Of a stretch of 64,000 nt of DNA, positions 52,666-64,000 are shown in pieces. The notes under the pieces are model-generated. The model saw only the letters and a program-made list of their open reading frames with translations, did not search any database and had not been told where the DNA came from. The number at the start of each line of letters is the position of its first letter. The stretch's first letter is position 1. The DNA is from Diplonema japonicum (taxonomy: Eukaryota > Protista > Euglenozoa: Diplonemea): the NCBI GenBank assembly GCA_964019335.1, contig OZ025673.1:186001-250000 (forward strand), given 5' to 3'. The position numbers and the translations under genes are program-made.

Positions 52666-53682
52666 TCAAACGCTCTTCTGGTCAGGTAGCTCGGATTCTT
52701 CACCCCGTTTAACCGACTGTTTTTTTTTTTTTTTTTTTTTTTTTTTTTGGATCCGCCTTCCCCTACTCTACCTTGATTTCATGCTTCAAAGCACCTGCCT
52801 CCCCCTCCGGTCGTTGCGAAGCATGCTGCTTCATCTCCTCCTGAAGATCGGCATCATTTAAATCACCAGTCTAAGTTTTTTTTTTTTTTTATAAATATAT
52901 TCTCCCACCACCCCCTTCAATACCTCTAGATACAGATAAGGATTGTCTTCCATAGGCCTGAACTTCATCCCCGTGAAAAGGTAGAATAGAACAGCAGCGG
53001 CTTCCTTTTTTTTTTTTTTTTTTTAATCCCCCTCAAATACCTGTACAAACGGTGCTATCCACGTCGCCCTAAACGGAAGTGACGACTCCATAAGCACCAC
53101 AAAGATTCTGGTGAAGTAGATGAAGCCCACAACAAAGATGTAAAAGGTCCTGAATTGTTTCAGTCTTGCAAGGTTTCTGGCGACCTTCCCCTCGACCTGT
53201 CCCAAGGACCGGAGCTGCTTCATGGACCACACTATGGGCAGCAGAACCACACAGCAACAAACAATATCGAGCACACGCAGCATGTCGCGCCAGTAGGCCC
53301 AGGACCGGTTCCCCTCCGACGTTTCCTCGATAACAGCGATGGCTATGTTGATCATGATCTGCAGGGGAAGGATCGCAAGGGCGATGTGCTTGTCATTGGT
53401 GGAGAGGAACGGCTTGAGGAACGACCACCCCGTCCCGAGGAGGAGGATCACCAGGAACAACGTGATGCCCTTCAACGTAAGAAACACATAGTACATAACA
53501 TTCCAAGCAGTCGACTCACCTGTCTGCTGCTGCCCACGAAGCTTCATCCCCTTCAAAAAAAATTTTTTTTTTTTCATTTTTTTTTTTTTTTTTTCCCACA
53601 TACCTCGAAGAACATTGTGCATGTCTTCAACACCACCAACATTGCCATCAAATAATGGATTTTATGAACGTGGGTCTGGGTT

Positions 53683-53715
<33 letters not shown>

Positions 53716-54399
53716 CTTTTTTTCTTTTTTTTTCCCACACACCGGGTTCGCTTTCATCGTGCGGATCCAGGAAACCGTGAGCGCGCAGAATATGATGGAA
53801 AAGCCCGCGTACATAACAGGCAGGCGGGAGCTGCCTTCTGAAAGGTAGTCGATCCGTTTTCCAGGGCGGATGTTGTACTGAGACACCTTCACCTTGAACG
53901 AGACAGGACGGAACTGCAGCTTCGTCGTCTTATCCGAGTACCCTTTGCAGTTGTAGAAGAAGAGGGCGTAGAGACCGGGTTCTTCAACACGGTGCCTGTA
54001 AACGACTTTTTTGGCGTTCTTGTTGATGACTCTTTCTTCAAGGGCGAACTTTGTTCGCCAGGTTGGTGGGTGTGGTTCCCTTGGGGTGATGATGGGGTCC
54101 GCTATGAAGCATATCTTCCTCTGGGCCTCTTCGCCCTTCCCATAGTTTTTTTCTTGTCTTGCAAATTGCGCTGTGGTCACCCAGTCGAGGGTGAACCCGA
54201 TCGGCTCTGGTAGCTTCTCGTCCTCTTCTTTCAGCATGTTTAGATACTCAATCTCGAACTCCATGATCCCTCCCTTGGCGAACCCGAACACCCCCAGGTC
54301 CATCACCCTTCTCGTGTCATCAGAAACGGTTAGACTAAAGTTCCCCCCTTGCACCCCAACCAGTACCGATAGCAGCACCGTGAGATGCCTCATTTTCAT
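52666..54399 (-). CDS. GPR107: GPR107/GPR108 (lung seven-TM receptor, GOST) protein; 6 exons, 489 aa
   Basis: Signal peptide; GLYALFFYNC, HKIHYLM, GTGWSFLKP, DIVCCCVVLLPIVWS, YIYFTRI-like and GMKFRP..DNPYL motifs. Introns 53742-53676, 53603-53551, 53040-53005, 52923-52871 and 52771-52717. Confidence 0.93.
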
Positions 54400-55635
54400 T
54401 TGTGTAAAATTTTGACGGATAGGGGTGAGGGGGGGGGGATCCTTTTTTTTTTTTTTTCTTCTTCTTCTTGTTGGGTTACAAAAAACTCGATCTATTTTTG
54501 CGGTGCGCTGGTTAGTAGCAGTCCCTCCAAATGGGAGCTGTTTAGCCATGCATCGCTGGTGCGCCCAGGTCCTCAGGGAGTGTACTCTGGTCATCCTTTC
54601 TGCCGAAAACCTTTGCCGTATATGCTTGCACTCTATTGAGGTTGTACCGCAGACGTGCGGCTTTTCTCTCCAACAGGCTGCTCTCCCCATGTTCCCCGAA
54701 AAAGGATATCCCGGTTGAAAAAAAAAAAAAAAAAAAAAAAGAACAAAAAATTCACTTTCATAGGAGAAACGGTTAGGAAAAAAAAAAAAAAAAAAAACGA
54801 TTGTTCCGTTTTTTTTCTTTTTTTTTTTTTTTTTTGTAACAATCGCATCTGTCAGCATTCAGGGTTTTTATATATATAAAAAAAAAAAGCGAGATAAAAA
54901 AAAAAGAGAAAAAAAAAGAGGGAGAAAACAGTTTTTCTTTCCTTTCTTTCCTTTTTTTCTTTTTTCTCCAACCCAAAAAAATGGGCATGAGGGCCCTCAT
55001 TTTTTTTTGCTGTGAAGAAGGAACGGAGAAAAGAAATAAACAAAGGAGAAATTCTGTTTGTACGTGCCGGTAAAAACTTGGAGAAGTTTGTCAAACCCGA
55101 AACACGTTGCCAACGTTCCCCTTTTGTTTAGACAAGTCAAAGACTCGTTTCTTGCAATAAAAAAAAAAAAAAAAAAAAAAAAAGAAAAAAAAGGAAAACA
55201 GGAGAGATAGAAGAGAAAAAAAAAAAGAAAATATTTTTGTTGATATATTTTACCTACATTGGAAAAACTAAGAGAACAAAAAAAACTTTTTTCCAGGTAA
55301 CTAAAATACCCCTCGGGGGGGAGGGGGTGATAATATATTTTGATTGGAATAATGAGAGAAAAAAAAAAAAGATGAGGCAAAAAGAGAGACCTCTTTGGAA
55401 CGCAGAGAAGAGAGAAAAAGCAAACAAAAGCGAAAAAAAAAAAAAACATAAATCTTCGATGAAATTCTAAGCGCATCAATATGCACATGTTTTTTTGTTC
55501 TTTTATCTCCCCCCCCCCCCCTAAACTCATCTATTTATAAAAAAAAAAACTTTATCAGTTAAATCAGTTGGTTAAAAAAAAAAGAAAAAAAATACAAGGA
55601 AATGGGTGAAATGAAAAACTGAAAAAAAAAAAAGA

Positions 55636-56478
55636 TTATTTTTTATCAGCTTGTTGCAACGGCATGACATTGTGAACATGGCCCTCAGAGCAAAGCACGC
55701 AAAGAAGATTCGAGGCGAGCCCAGCAGCCTCCGACTCAGAGACCCTGATACCTCTTGCAGAAAGACCCTCAAGCGCACCGCCCACAATATCAACAGCACC
55801 ATTGACGATGAGGTGGCGAGCATCAATGGTGGCCTGTGCCTGCTGTCTGATGAGCATGGCTGACGCGATCTCAGGTGCATAGTACAAGTCAGACAAGTCA
55901 AACACAGTCACGTGTACACCTGCCACCCTCACACGGCTTCGGAGCTCCAGCACCAGCTCTGTTTTGATCTCATCAGAACACCCCTTCAGCGATGGGGCGG
56001 AAGGGTCCTTTGACTCATATGGGTACTTTGATACAACAGATTTCAAAACGACCTCTGAGTTTGTCCTTACGTACTGGTCGACATCCTCCACATTGAAGAA
56101 TGCCTTGATGGGGTCCTCGATGTGGTAGTTCACGATGGCCCCCACGATCACAGGGTTCCCGTTCAAGTCCGAGATGGTGCTGTTCCCTGTGTCCATTGTC
56201 ACGTACTTCGTGCTGATGGTGTGGAAGTCGCACCCCCACGGTACAATGATATGGCACCCGGGGGTGTCGATCACCTTCCACAGCTTTCCGAAGCACATCA
56301 CCAGCAGCGCCTCCTTCGGCTTCACCGTGTTCCACACCAAGAATATCGTGAACGGCAACAAGAGCAACCCGAGGAGGTGGCGCAGCAAATGCATGTAGCA
56401 AGGGACCTCTTCAATGGGCGTGTCGACGGGCCCGATGTTGACCTCCACGTCGTTCTTCCTCATGGGGTTCACCTGCAT
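55636..56478 (-). CDS. SPFH/Band-7 domain membrane protein
   Basis: TM helix then FGK..VIDTPG, DLNGNPV, and DLYYAPEIASAMLIRQQAQA..DAR..IV.GAV. Confidence 0.92.
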   Translation of the reverse strand: MQVNPMRKNDVEVNIGPVDTPIEEVPCYMHLLRHLLGLLLLPFTIFLVWNTVKPKEALLVMCFGKLWKVIDTPGCHIIVPWGCDFHTISTKYVTMDTGNSTISDLNGNPVIVGAIVNYHIEDPIKAFFNVEDVDQYVRTNSEVVLKSVVSKYPYESKDPSAPSLKGCSDEIKTELVLELRSRVRVAGVHVTVFDLSDLYYAPEIASAMLIRQQAQATIDARHLIVNGAVDIVGGALEGLSARGIRVSESEAAGLASNLLCVLCSEGHVHNVMPLQQADKK

Positions 56479-56527
56479 TACGCTGGTAGTAATCTTTTTT
56501 TTTTGAAATGAAATAACTGTGTGAGTT

Positions 56528-56563
<36 letters not shown>

Positions 56564-56968
56564 TTTTTCTTTTTTTGTTTTTGTTTTTTTTTATTGTGAT
56601 TTTCTTTTGTTTGCAAATTCTTTTTTTTTTTTTTTTCCAGTGGGAAGATAAGAGTAATAATAATAGGGGGAAAACACAAATAGAAAAAAAAGGGGGAGGG
56701 TGAGGGAGAAAAAAAAAACCGCGGTAGTATTTTTAAAAAAAAAAGAGGGTGGGGGGGAACTCTTACAACAACAACAACAACAACAAAAAATGTTTTTTTT
56801 TTTTGAAAGGAAACCTGCAGTAATAAATGTAACAGTAGTTGTGAAACCAAACTAGCGAAGTTGTTGATGCAAGAAAAAGAAAAAAAAAAAAAAGGAATAA
56901 CACTTTGAAAAAAAAAAAACAAAAAAAAACAAAAAAACAACACTTTTTTTTTTTTTTTTTTTTTTTTT

Positions 56969-57508
56969 TTACATGTTCATCTTAATTTCACAAATGAGGG
57001 CATCGGACTCCCTCAACTCGATCTCCCTCAAAGCCTCAGAATTCGTGTATCGATCATAACGCAATCTGGTACGCTGGGGGCTGAGGTAAGTACTACCACC
57101 CATGGCATGGGATGAGTCAGATGACGATGAGGGATTGTTACAGTTCAAGTCATCCCAGTTGTATCTGCCACCAGAGACACCTGAGCCTACAACACTGTGA
57201 TTACCGCCAAATGGAGGAGGAAGGGTTTGTGCGATGTCAGGCCGGGCTGTTCTAAGCAAAAACATAAAGTAGCAAACGAATATGGTGGTCATACACCAGA
57301 AAAGCCTGAAATCTCCGTCATATGTCTTAGCCTTGATTTGTGCCATTAGTGATAAGTGGTACTCCCCTGGCAAGTGCGCCTCTTGCATGGCTCTGTCATT
57401 CAAATCTGCGATTGTCTCTTCCACACTCCTTTCTTTTCGGTTTCTGAACGAGTACGCCTTCATAGGCCTCAGCCTGTGGGAAAACAGCAGCCTTTGTGTG
57501 GCTTTCAT
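56969..57508 (-). CDS. Probable mitochondrial single-TM protein, 179 aa
   Basis: Arg-rich, acid-free N-terminus MKATQRLLFSHRLR; one hydrophobic helix. Confidence 0.75.
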   Translation of the reverse strand: MKATQRLLFSHRLRPMKAYSFRNRKERSVEETIADLNDRAMQEAHLPGEYHLSLMAQIKAKTYDGDFRLFWCMTTIFVCYFMFLLRTARPDIAQTLPPPFGGNHSVVGSGVSGGRYNWDDLNCNNPSSSSDSSHAMGGSTYLSPQRTRLRYDRYTNSEALREIELRESDALICEIKMNM

Positions 57509-60500
57509 TTATTTTATTTTTGCCCCTTTTGTGTTGTGTTGTGTTTGTGTGCGGTGCTTCTTTTTTTTTTTTTTTTTTTTCCCCACAAGAAAAAAAAAAA
57601 AATAAGAAAAGGAAGATGAAACACACCAAGGGTTCTTTTTTTTTTTAAAGGGGAAGGGGAAGGAAAAAAAAAGGTTCAGTCAAGGGGGGGGGAGGTTGGC
57701 CAAGGGTGAAAGAAAAAAAAATGCGGGAAAAAAAATTATTTTTTTTTTAAATATCAGATACAGGAGGGGGGGGTATTTTTTTTTTTGTGGGGAAGAGGGT
57801 TGGGGGAAGAAAAAAAAAAGAAAGAAAAAAAAAAAAAAAGAACCTCCCGCTCCATTGAAAATCACCACTGCAGCAAATAGACTTGGGATGCTACGGATTC
57901 CTTTTTTTTTTCTTTTCTTCCCCCCCCTTTAGGCTCTTACCACAACCTAGAAAGGACAGCACGTAGAAGAGAGAGCAGGAGGTTTTTTTTTCTTTTTTCT
58001 TTTTTATTTTTTTTCTTCTGGCTCTCCTCATTGGATATTCCCCGCGCGATAAAAAAAAAAGGAAAAAAAAAAAGAATAGGCGGACCCGTTACAGTTACAC
58101 AAACTTCTTACCTACTTGTAATGTATGGTGCTCCAGAACATTCTTTTTGATAGCTACAACAGGTGTTTCTGTTCATTGAAAAAGAAAAAGAACAAACCAT
58201 TCTTTTTTTTTTAAATACTTACAATAACAAGTGTTTTTCTTTGCTCATACCCCCCCACTGCTTGATAAGGAATTGGAAGAGGAAAAAAAAAAAGGAAGAA
58301 AAAGAAATTGGCCGTTACCCCCTTTGAGTGAAAACAGGTTTGAAAGGAAAGAGGGAGAGGTAAAAATAGGAAGGAACAAGAGGAAGAGGGGAAGAAAAAA
58401 AAAGAAGAATAAATACAAAACGCTTTTATTCTCTTTTTTGGGGGTGGGGGATGAGGGGAGTAGCAGGGGAAAACAAAAAAAAGATTTAAAAAAAAAAAGA
58501 ATAAAAAAAAAGAAGGGTGAACGAAGGGGGAGAAGGCATAGTTTTGAAGTAGAAAAATCTTACTCTTTTTACTTCATCAACAACAGCCCGCCCCCCCTTT
58601 TCTTCTTTTTTTTGTTTTTTTTTCCCCCCACTTCCCTTCGCTCCCTTGGTTCTTTTTCTTTTTTTTTTCCCTTCTTTTTTTTTTTTTTTTTTTTCAATAG
58701 TTCCTCATTTATCAAAAGGAAGGGGAACCCGGGAAAAAAAAATCCAAACAAAAAAAAAAAAAAAAAAAAAAAAAACGAAAGAGAGGAGGAAGAGAAAGAA
58801 AGCGAGAAAAAAAAAGGGGGGGATGGGGAAAACAGAGGGGTAGTTGGTGCATGTACCCTAGAGAAAAGAAAGAAAGAAACGAGTGGAATTCTTGTTTTTC
58901 CATTTGTACAAATAAAAAACCCCTTCAGCTGAAGCTTCATTGTGATCTCCCCCAGCTTCATGTGGAGAGGCTTTTTTTTTTTTTTTTTTTTTTTAATTTC
59001 CCTAGTTCTCTCACTTTCTTCCCCGTCTCATTTTTTTTTTCCCCCTCCTATAGAGTGAGAGGCTTTATTATTATTTTTTTTCTTTTATTTTTATTTTTTA
59101 GTTCGCTCAATGAGAGGAATATCCTGCAAGGGGATGGGAAGGAGATGGGTTTTTCTTTTTCTTTTTCTTCTTTTTTTTTTAGAACAAGAAGAAACAAAAG
59201 CTCAATAAAAAAAAAAGTTTTTTTTAAATATACTACGATAAAAGAAAAAAAAAAAGAAACAAAAAAGCCACCATTTTTTTTTAAAAGAAAACTGCTTCCT
59301 ATTCTTCTTTTTTTAAAAAAAAAAAAAAAAAGCGCGAGATACTCGCAAGGATAGGTAAAACAGCAAACGAGTGGGTGGGAGGGTGGAAGAAGAGAAAAAA
59401 AAGATTTTAGAAAGATGGAAATAAATAATTAATAAAAAAAATAAAAATAAGGGGAAGAAGAAGAAAAAAAAGAAAAAGAAAAGGGAAAAAACCGTGCGCA
59501 AGAAGAAATGGGAACTCCCTGAAATTATGAACGCCCACATCTTTAAACCCATTTGGTCAAATCTCTGTTTTCGAATTTTGGGATTCTATGATTGGGCTAC
59601 TCCCGGAAAATGCCCACAAAAAAAATCAATTTAAAAAAAAAAGAGAAAAAAAAAAAAAAAAACAGACCTAGAGCAGAGATGTGAGGCGTTAATTTAATAA
59701 AAGGAAACAAAGGGTCCCTTTTCTGTTTCATTTTGTTTTTTTTTTAATTCTTCATTGCTGGCTTTTTTGTTTTCTTTCTTTTCCCCCTCTTTTTTTTTTT
59801 TTTTTTTTTTTTAATCTTTTTATCAAATATCCCCTCCCTTTTTTTTTTCCCCCTTTTTTTTTTTCCCTTTTTCTTTTTTTCCTTCAACACCATAATCATT
59901 AGCGTGTTATCCTTCACCTCGTGTCCCCCCCCCCCCCCCCCCCCACACCTCGGGGAAATAAAAAAAATAAGAAATGGAGCAAAAAGAAATATAAAAAAAA
60001 GAAGAAGAAGAAGAAAAAAGAATTTAATCAAGAGAGAAAACTTAAGAATGCCTAATGCAAGGTAGAAAGCACATTGGAAACCATCAATCCCCCCCCCCCC
60101 CCCCTTCAATTTGTTTTGCAAAAAAAAGGGGGGGGTGAGTGTATAGTGTTCCTGATCTAATCTGTTGGTTTTGCCTCAGAAAGAATAGAGAAAGAAGAAG
60201 AAAAAAAAGAAAGTTCTGTAAATCTCTTTTTTTTTTTTTTTTTTTTTTTTTTCCCGTCACCTTTTTTTTCGCTTTACCCCAGGTTAAGACATGGGTGCAC
60301 TTCCCGGATTCGACCAGGAGGCTAATGCTGAAAACCTAAAGGACAGTAGCCTTTTGAGGGGCACAGTATTTAAGCGATTTACAGAAACTAAAAATTAATG
60401 AATAAAAAAAAAATAAAAATAAAAAAAGAGGTAGCTTTTGGGTACCCGTTGGTACCATTTTCCCCTTCCAGTTACTCTATAGTCGTGTGGTATATATGTG

Positions 60501-63500
60501 TATTGGCATTTTGGCACTAGCAAGTAGGTGTTCTTGTCACCTCCCACCCCCCCCCCCCCCCCAACTTCTTAATATTCTTTTTTTGCTGTTGTTGAAAGTG
60601 CATCGAAAAAGGTGTGAAACAAAAATGGGGGGGGTATGATGAACAGGAAGAAAAATAAAAAGGGGAGGGGGGGGGTATAGTAAATCCACAAAAAAGGTCG
60701 GGTGCATATTTGTGGAAGGGACCAATGGGGAAGAATCAAATAAAAAAAAGGGGGGGTGTTTTTTTGATATGACGGAGATTAAGTAATGAAGAAGAAAAGT
60801 AACAAGATTGCTGTAGTCCAGGCACTGTGCTCAAGAAACGGAGAGGAGGGAGGGGGACTTAAAAAAAAGAATTAAAAAAAAAAAACAGAGGGGGGGAACT
60901 GGTTGCCGCAGAATGCTGGCTACGTTTACCCTTCCCCAATTTCGCCCTCTTTTTTTCCCCTTTTCTTTTTTTCTTTTTCCCCCATTCCCCTTCCCCTCCT
61001 TTTCCTTGCTACCTCGTATCCTTCACAAACATAATTCGTGTAAAGAAAAAAAAAAAGTAAAAAAAAATCTTTTTTTTTTGAAAAAAGAAATTTTCATCGA
61101 AGGGAAGGTTTTATTTTAAGGTTTTTTTTTTCGGGTTAAAAAAAAGCGCCTTCCTATCAAAAAAGAAAATCTTTTTTTTTCTCTTTTCTTTTTGAATCTC
61201 CGAAGAAAGAAAAAGGTGTTGGTGGGGGGGGGGCAAAAAATATTGGCTTTTTGTTCTTTCTCTTTTGTTTTCTGTTTCTTTTTTTCTTTTTTCCCCTTAT
61301 TAAAATCGTCTCAAGCTTCGCATTCTTGCTCCGTTGATCATCACCAGAAAGAAGAAAAACACCCCCCATCCCTCGAGAAAGAAAACAAAAAAGAACAAAA
61401 TCGTTTTGTCTCTTTCTTTTCTTAAAATTTTCTTTCTCCTCTCTTATTTTCTTACTGTGACATCAGACAACAACTGAAGAAGACGCTAATACCTAAAGAG
61501 ACTGGCCCGACGGTAAGCAGGCAGGGCCTTTTTTTTTTTTTTTTTTTTTTTTTCTTTTTTTTTGCTTTCCATTTCTTTTATTCTTCATTTTAAAAACTGA
61601 GGGAGAGGGAGAACAAGTAGTGAGGGGATAATCCTTAAAGAAAAAAAGGAAGAAAAAAAAAAAAAAGGAAGAAAAAAAAAGGGGGCGGGAAGGGGGATTG
61701 GGGAAGTAAGTAACAAAGGGGGTATATTTGTCAAAAATAAGAAGAGAGAGAGAAGGAGAGGGAGAAAACAAGAAAAAAAAATATAAATTCTTTTTTTGAG
61801 GGGGGGGTGCTATTTGAGCTCTCGTCGGGCCTGCAATGACGGTATCATAACAACAAAGAAACAAAAAAAAATCCTTGATTTTTAAGAAGGGTAAAGCAGA
61901 AGAAATAGAAAAAGAGAAGGAGGGGAAAGGTGATAAAGAAAAGGGGAGAGGGCAGGAAGAAGGGAGTGAGGGGGAGAGAAAATCTATCATAGTATTTTAT
62001 CTCCCTTACTTTCCCCCACGGTGCCACACCTAGTCGCTCTCTTCCTCTCTCTCTCTCACGATTTCTTTCCGCCTTTTTTTCATTTTCTAACCAAATTTAC
62101 TTTTTTTTTTCTTCTTCTTCTCCCCCCCTCTTTTGACCAAGCCGCCTTATTTTAGTAGTGGGCTGTTTATTCATGAATTTGACACGAAAAGCTGGTTCAC
62201 GAGCGGGGAAAAAAAAAAAAAGAAATTAATTGCATTATGAAAGTGAAGTCAAATACTACCGCCCGAGAGAGAAGGGGAAACAAACAAAAGTTTTTTTTTG
62301 GGGGGGAGGGAGGGGTGCTTTTTTTTGGGGGGGGACAACAAAATGAATAAAAAATAAAGAGGGAGAGGGGATGGGGGAGCGTGTGTGTTCGGGGTGTCGG
62401 GGACACAAAAAAAAACTTTTTTTTTTCCTTCGTTATTACTTTTTCTTCCTGGGAATGTGCAGCGGTTATTCGGGGTGGTATGTAGAGGCACCGTTTGACA
62501 AAAAAAAAAAAAAAAAAAAAAAACCTCCCACCAAAGTTACGAAATTAAGAAGTAAGAAGGAGTCCGGTCACAAGCCCCATGTCCTTATGCTGTTCATGAC
62601 GTGCGCAGGAAAAAAAAAAGAGAAATAATAGAACTAACACACAACTGTTAAAACGTGACCCCAAGAAGCAAGTAGGTAAGTATTTCCCCCCTTTTTTTTT
62701 AAAGATCGCAAAAGGGAGAACAGGAAAAATAGGAGAATAAAAAAAAAAAAAAAAAAGCGCAGAAAGTGGGCAAGAATGGTGGTGTTTTTTTTTTTTTTTT
62801 TCCCTACTACTTTTGCCATATTTCTTTTTTTTATTTTATTTCACTTCCCCTCACTCTTTGCCCACTTTCCTTTTTTTTTTTTTTGCAGCCATAACATTTG
62901 AAAAGAATTCCTCCCATTGCTTTATCATTATAAATCGATTCCTGTTTCCCCCCATTCTCACTTTACTTATTTTTCTTTTTTTTGGTTTTCCCTAATTCTC
63001 CGCATTGTGTTTTCTTGCTCTATTTCTTTTTTTTCCCCCGTACCCACTAAAGAATTGGGGGGGGTAAAATATGAAAAAAAAATAGAATATGGGAGGTGGC
63101 CAGGGGGAAAGAAATAGATTTAAAAAAAAAAAGAAAAAAAAAAAAAGTAGACACACCACAAACGCGATATACTGTAAAAAATGGTACAGAAACAAGCTCT
63201 TTTTTTTTTTTTTTCTTTTGGGGAGAGGAAGAAAAAAAAAATAAAAATAAAAAAATAAAAAAGAAACAAAATAAAAAAGATCAGCGCCTCCCTGTGAAGC
63301 TTCTTGTTATTCACCCTGACATAAGAGGAAGAAAAAAAAAAGAAAAAAAAAGTGAGGTGCCTGCGCTCGTTTACACAAAACGTAGGAATACCGCAAAAAA
63401 AAAAAAAGAAAAAAAAAGGTCTCAAAAGAAAACAACACGCTGATATCAAGATTTCTAGAAGAGTTTTATGTTTTTTTTTTTTTTTTTAATTTCTTTTCTC

Positions 63501-63982
63501 ATCTTAAAAGAAGAAGAGAAAATCAAAAGAAAGAATGACGTATGTCTACAAGGGAGGGCTGGAAAAAAAAACAAAAGGAAGGGGATGGGGGGATCTGATT
63601 TTTATCCCCTTCGCCTGAAGTTCTGAAGGTCCTATTCTGTGGACAAGAAAAAAAAAAAAAAAAGAAGAAGAAAAAAAAGCTAATCACAATCACACCCATA
63701 AAATTAACAAAAAAAAAAGAAAAAAAAAAGAAAAAAAAATAGGGTAAAAGAAGATAGGAGTGGGAAATACAGCTTTTTTTTTTTTTTTTCCCTTCTTTTT
63801 TTTTTCCTTCTTGAAAAAAATTAATTAAAAAAAAAAAGCCACCCCTCAATGTACTACTTACCTTTATCCTTTCTTTTTTTTTTTTTTCCTTTTTTTTCCT
63901 TTTTGTCTTTTTTTCTCGTCTTTTTTTTTTTTTTTTTCCATTGTCCAAGATGAAGAATCGGGGAATCTTTTTTAAAAATAAA

Positions 63983-64000
63983 TGTGTGTGTGTGTGTGTG
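63983..64000. repeat. (TG)n microsatellite running to the window edge
   Basis: (TG)9 at the end of the sequence. Confidence 0.95.

Noticed and set aside
578-56511. Numerous + strand ORFs (e.g. 34053-35039, 47365-48540, 14216-14983)
   Set aside because: They are antisense shadows of minus-strand genes and show no recognisable motifs.
57509-63948. Poly-Lys/poly-Phe ORFs and homopolymer-derived N-terminal extensions in the ORF track
   Set aside because: They arise from stop-free A/T homopolymer runs and are not protein-like.
1-64000. tRNA, rRNA, CRISPR array, transposase or reverse transcriptase genes, SL RNA gene
   Set aside because: None recognised by eye; divergent ncRNAs cannot be excluded without Infernal or tRNAscan searches.

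Overview
Eukaryotic nuclear DNA from a flagellated protist, most likely a euglenozoan and diplonemid-like (inference). It carries 34 protein genes, all on the minus strand, in one head-to-tail array from 1 to 57508, followed by about 6.5 kb of homopolymer-rich non-coding DNA. Recognisable genes: a STEEP1/CXorf56-DUF167 fusion, GH92 alpha-mannosidase, a sulfotransferase-like protein, a PHD protein, a GAF protein, two PPR proteins, eIF4G, a C1-domain class 3 lipase, an amino-acid permease, a 2Fe-2S ferredoxin, Rpn8, an Old Yellow Enzyme with PTS1, a SHIPPO/ODF3-repeat protein, CCDC113, Utp10, GPR107 and an SPFH protein. The ORF track is fragmented because 12 genes contain 27 tiny GT-AG introns (32-67 nt), reconstructed here by hand. 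The introns are unusual in three ways: most donors are GTATG, about 17 have a poly(A)/A-rich tract where a polypyrimidine tract would be expected, and nearly all lie in the 3' part of the CDS. Gene-upstream regions, in contrast, keep pyrimidine tract + AG (putative SL trans-splice acceptors). Two dispersed families of conserved hairpin motifs sit in the intergenic spacers just upstream of such tracts: motif A (3 copies) and motif B (4 copies), both with pairing-preserving substitutions. No tRNA, rRNA, CRISPR array or transposase was recognised. All homology calls are from recall of family motifs, not from database searches.
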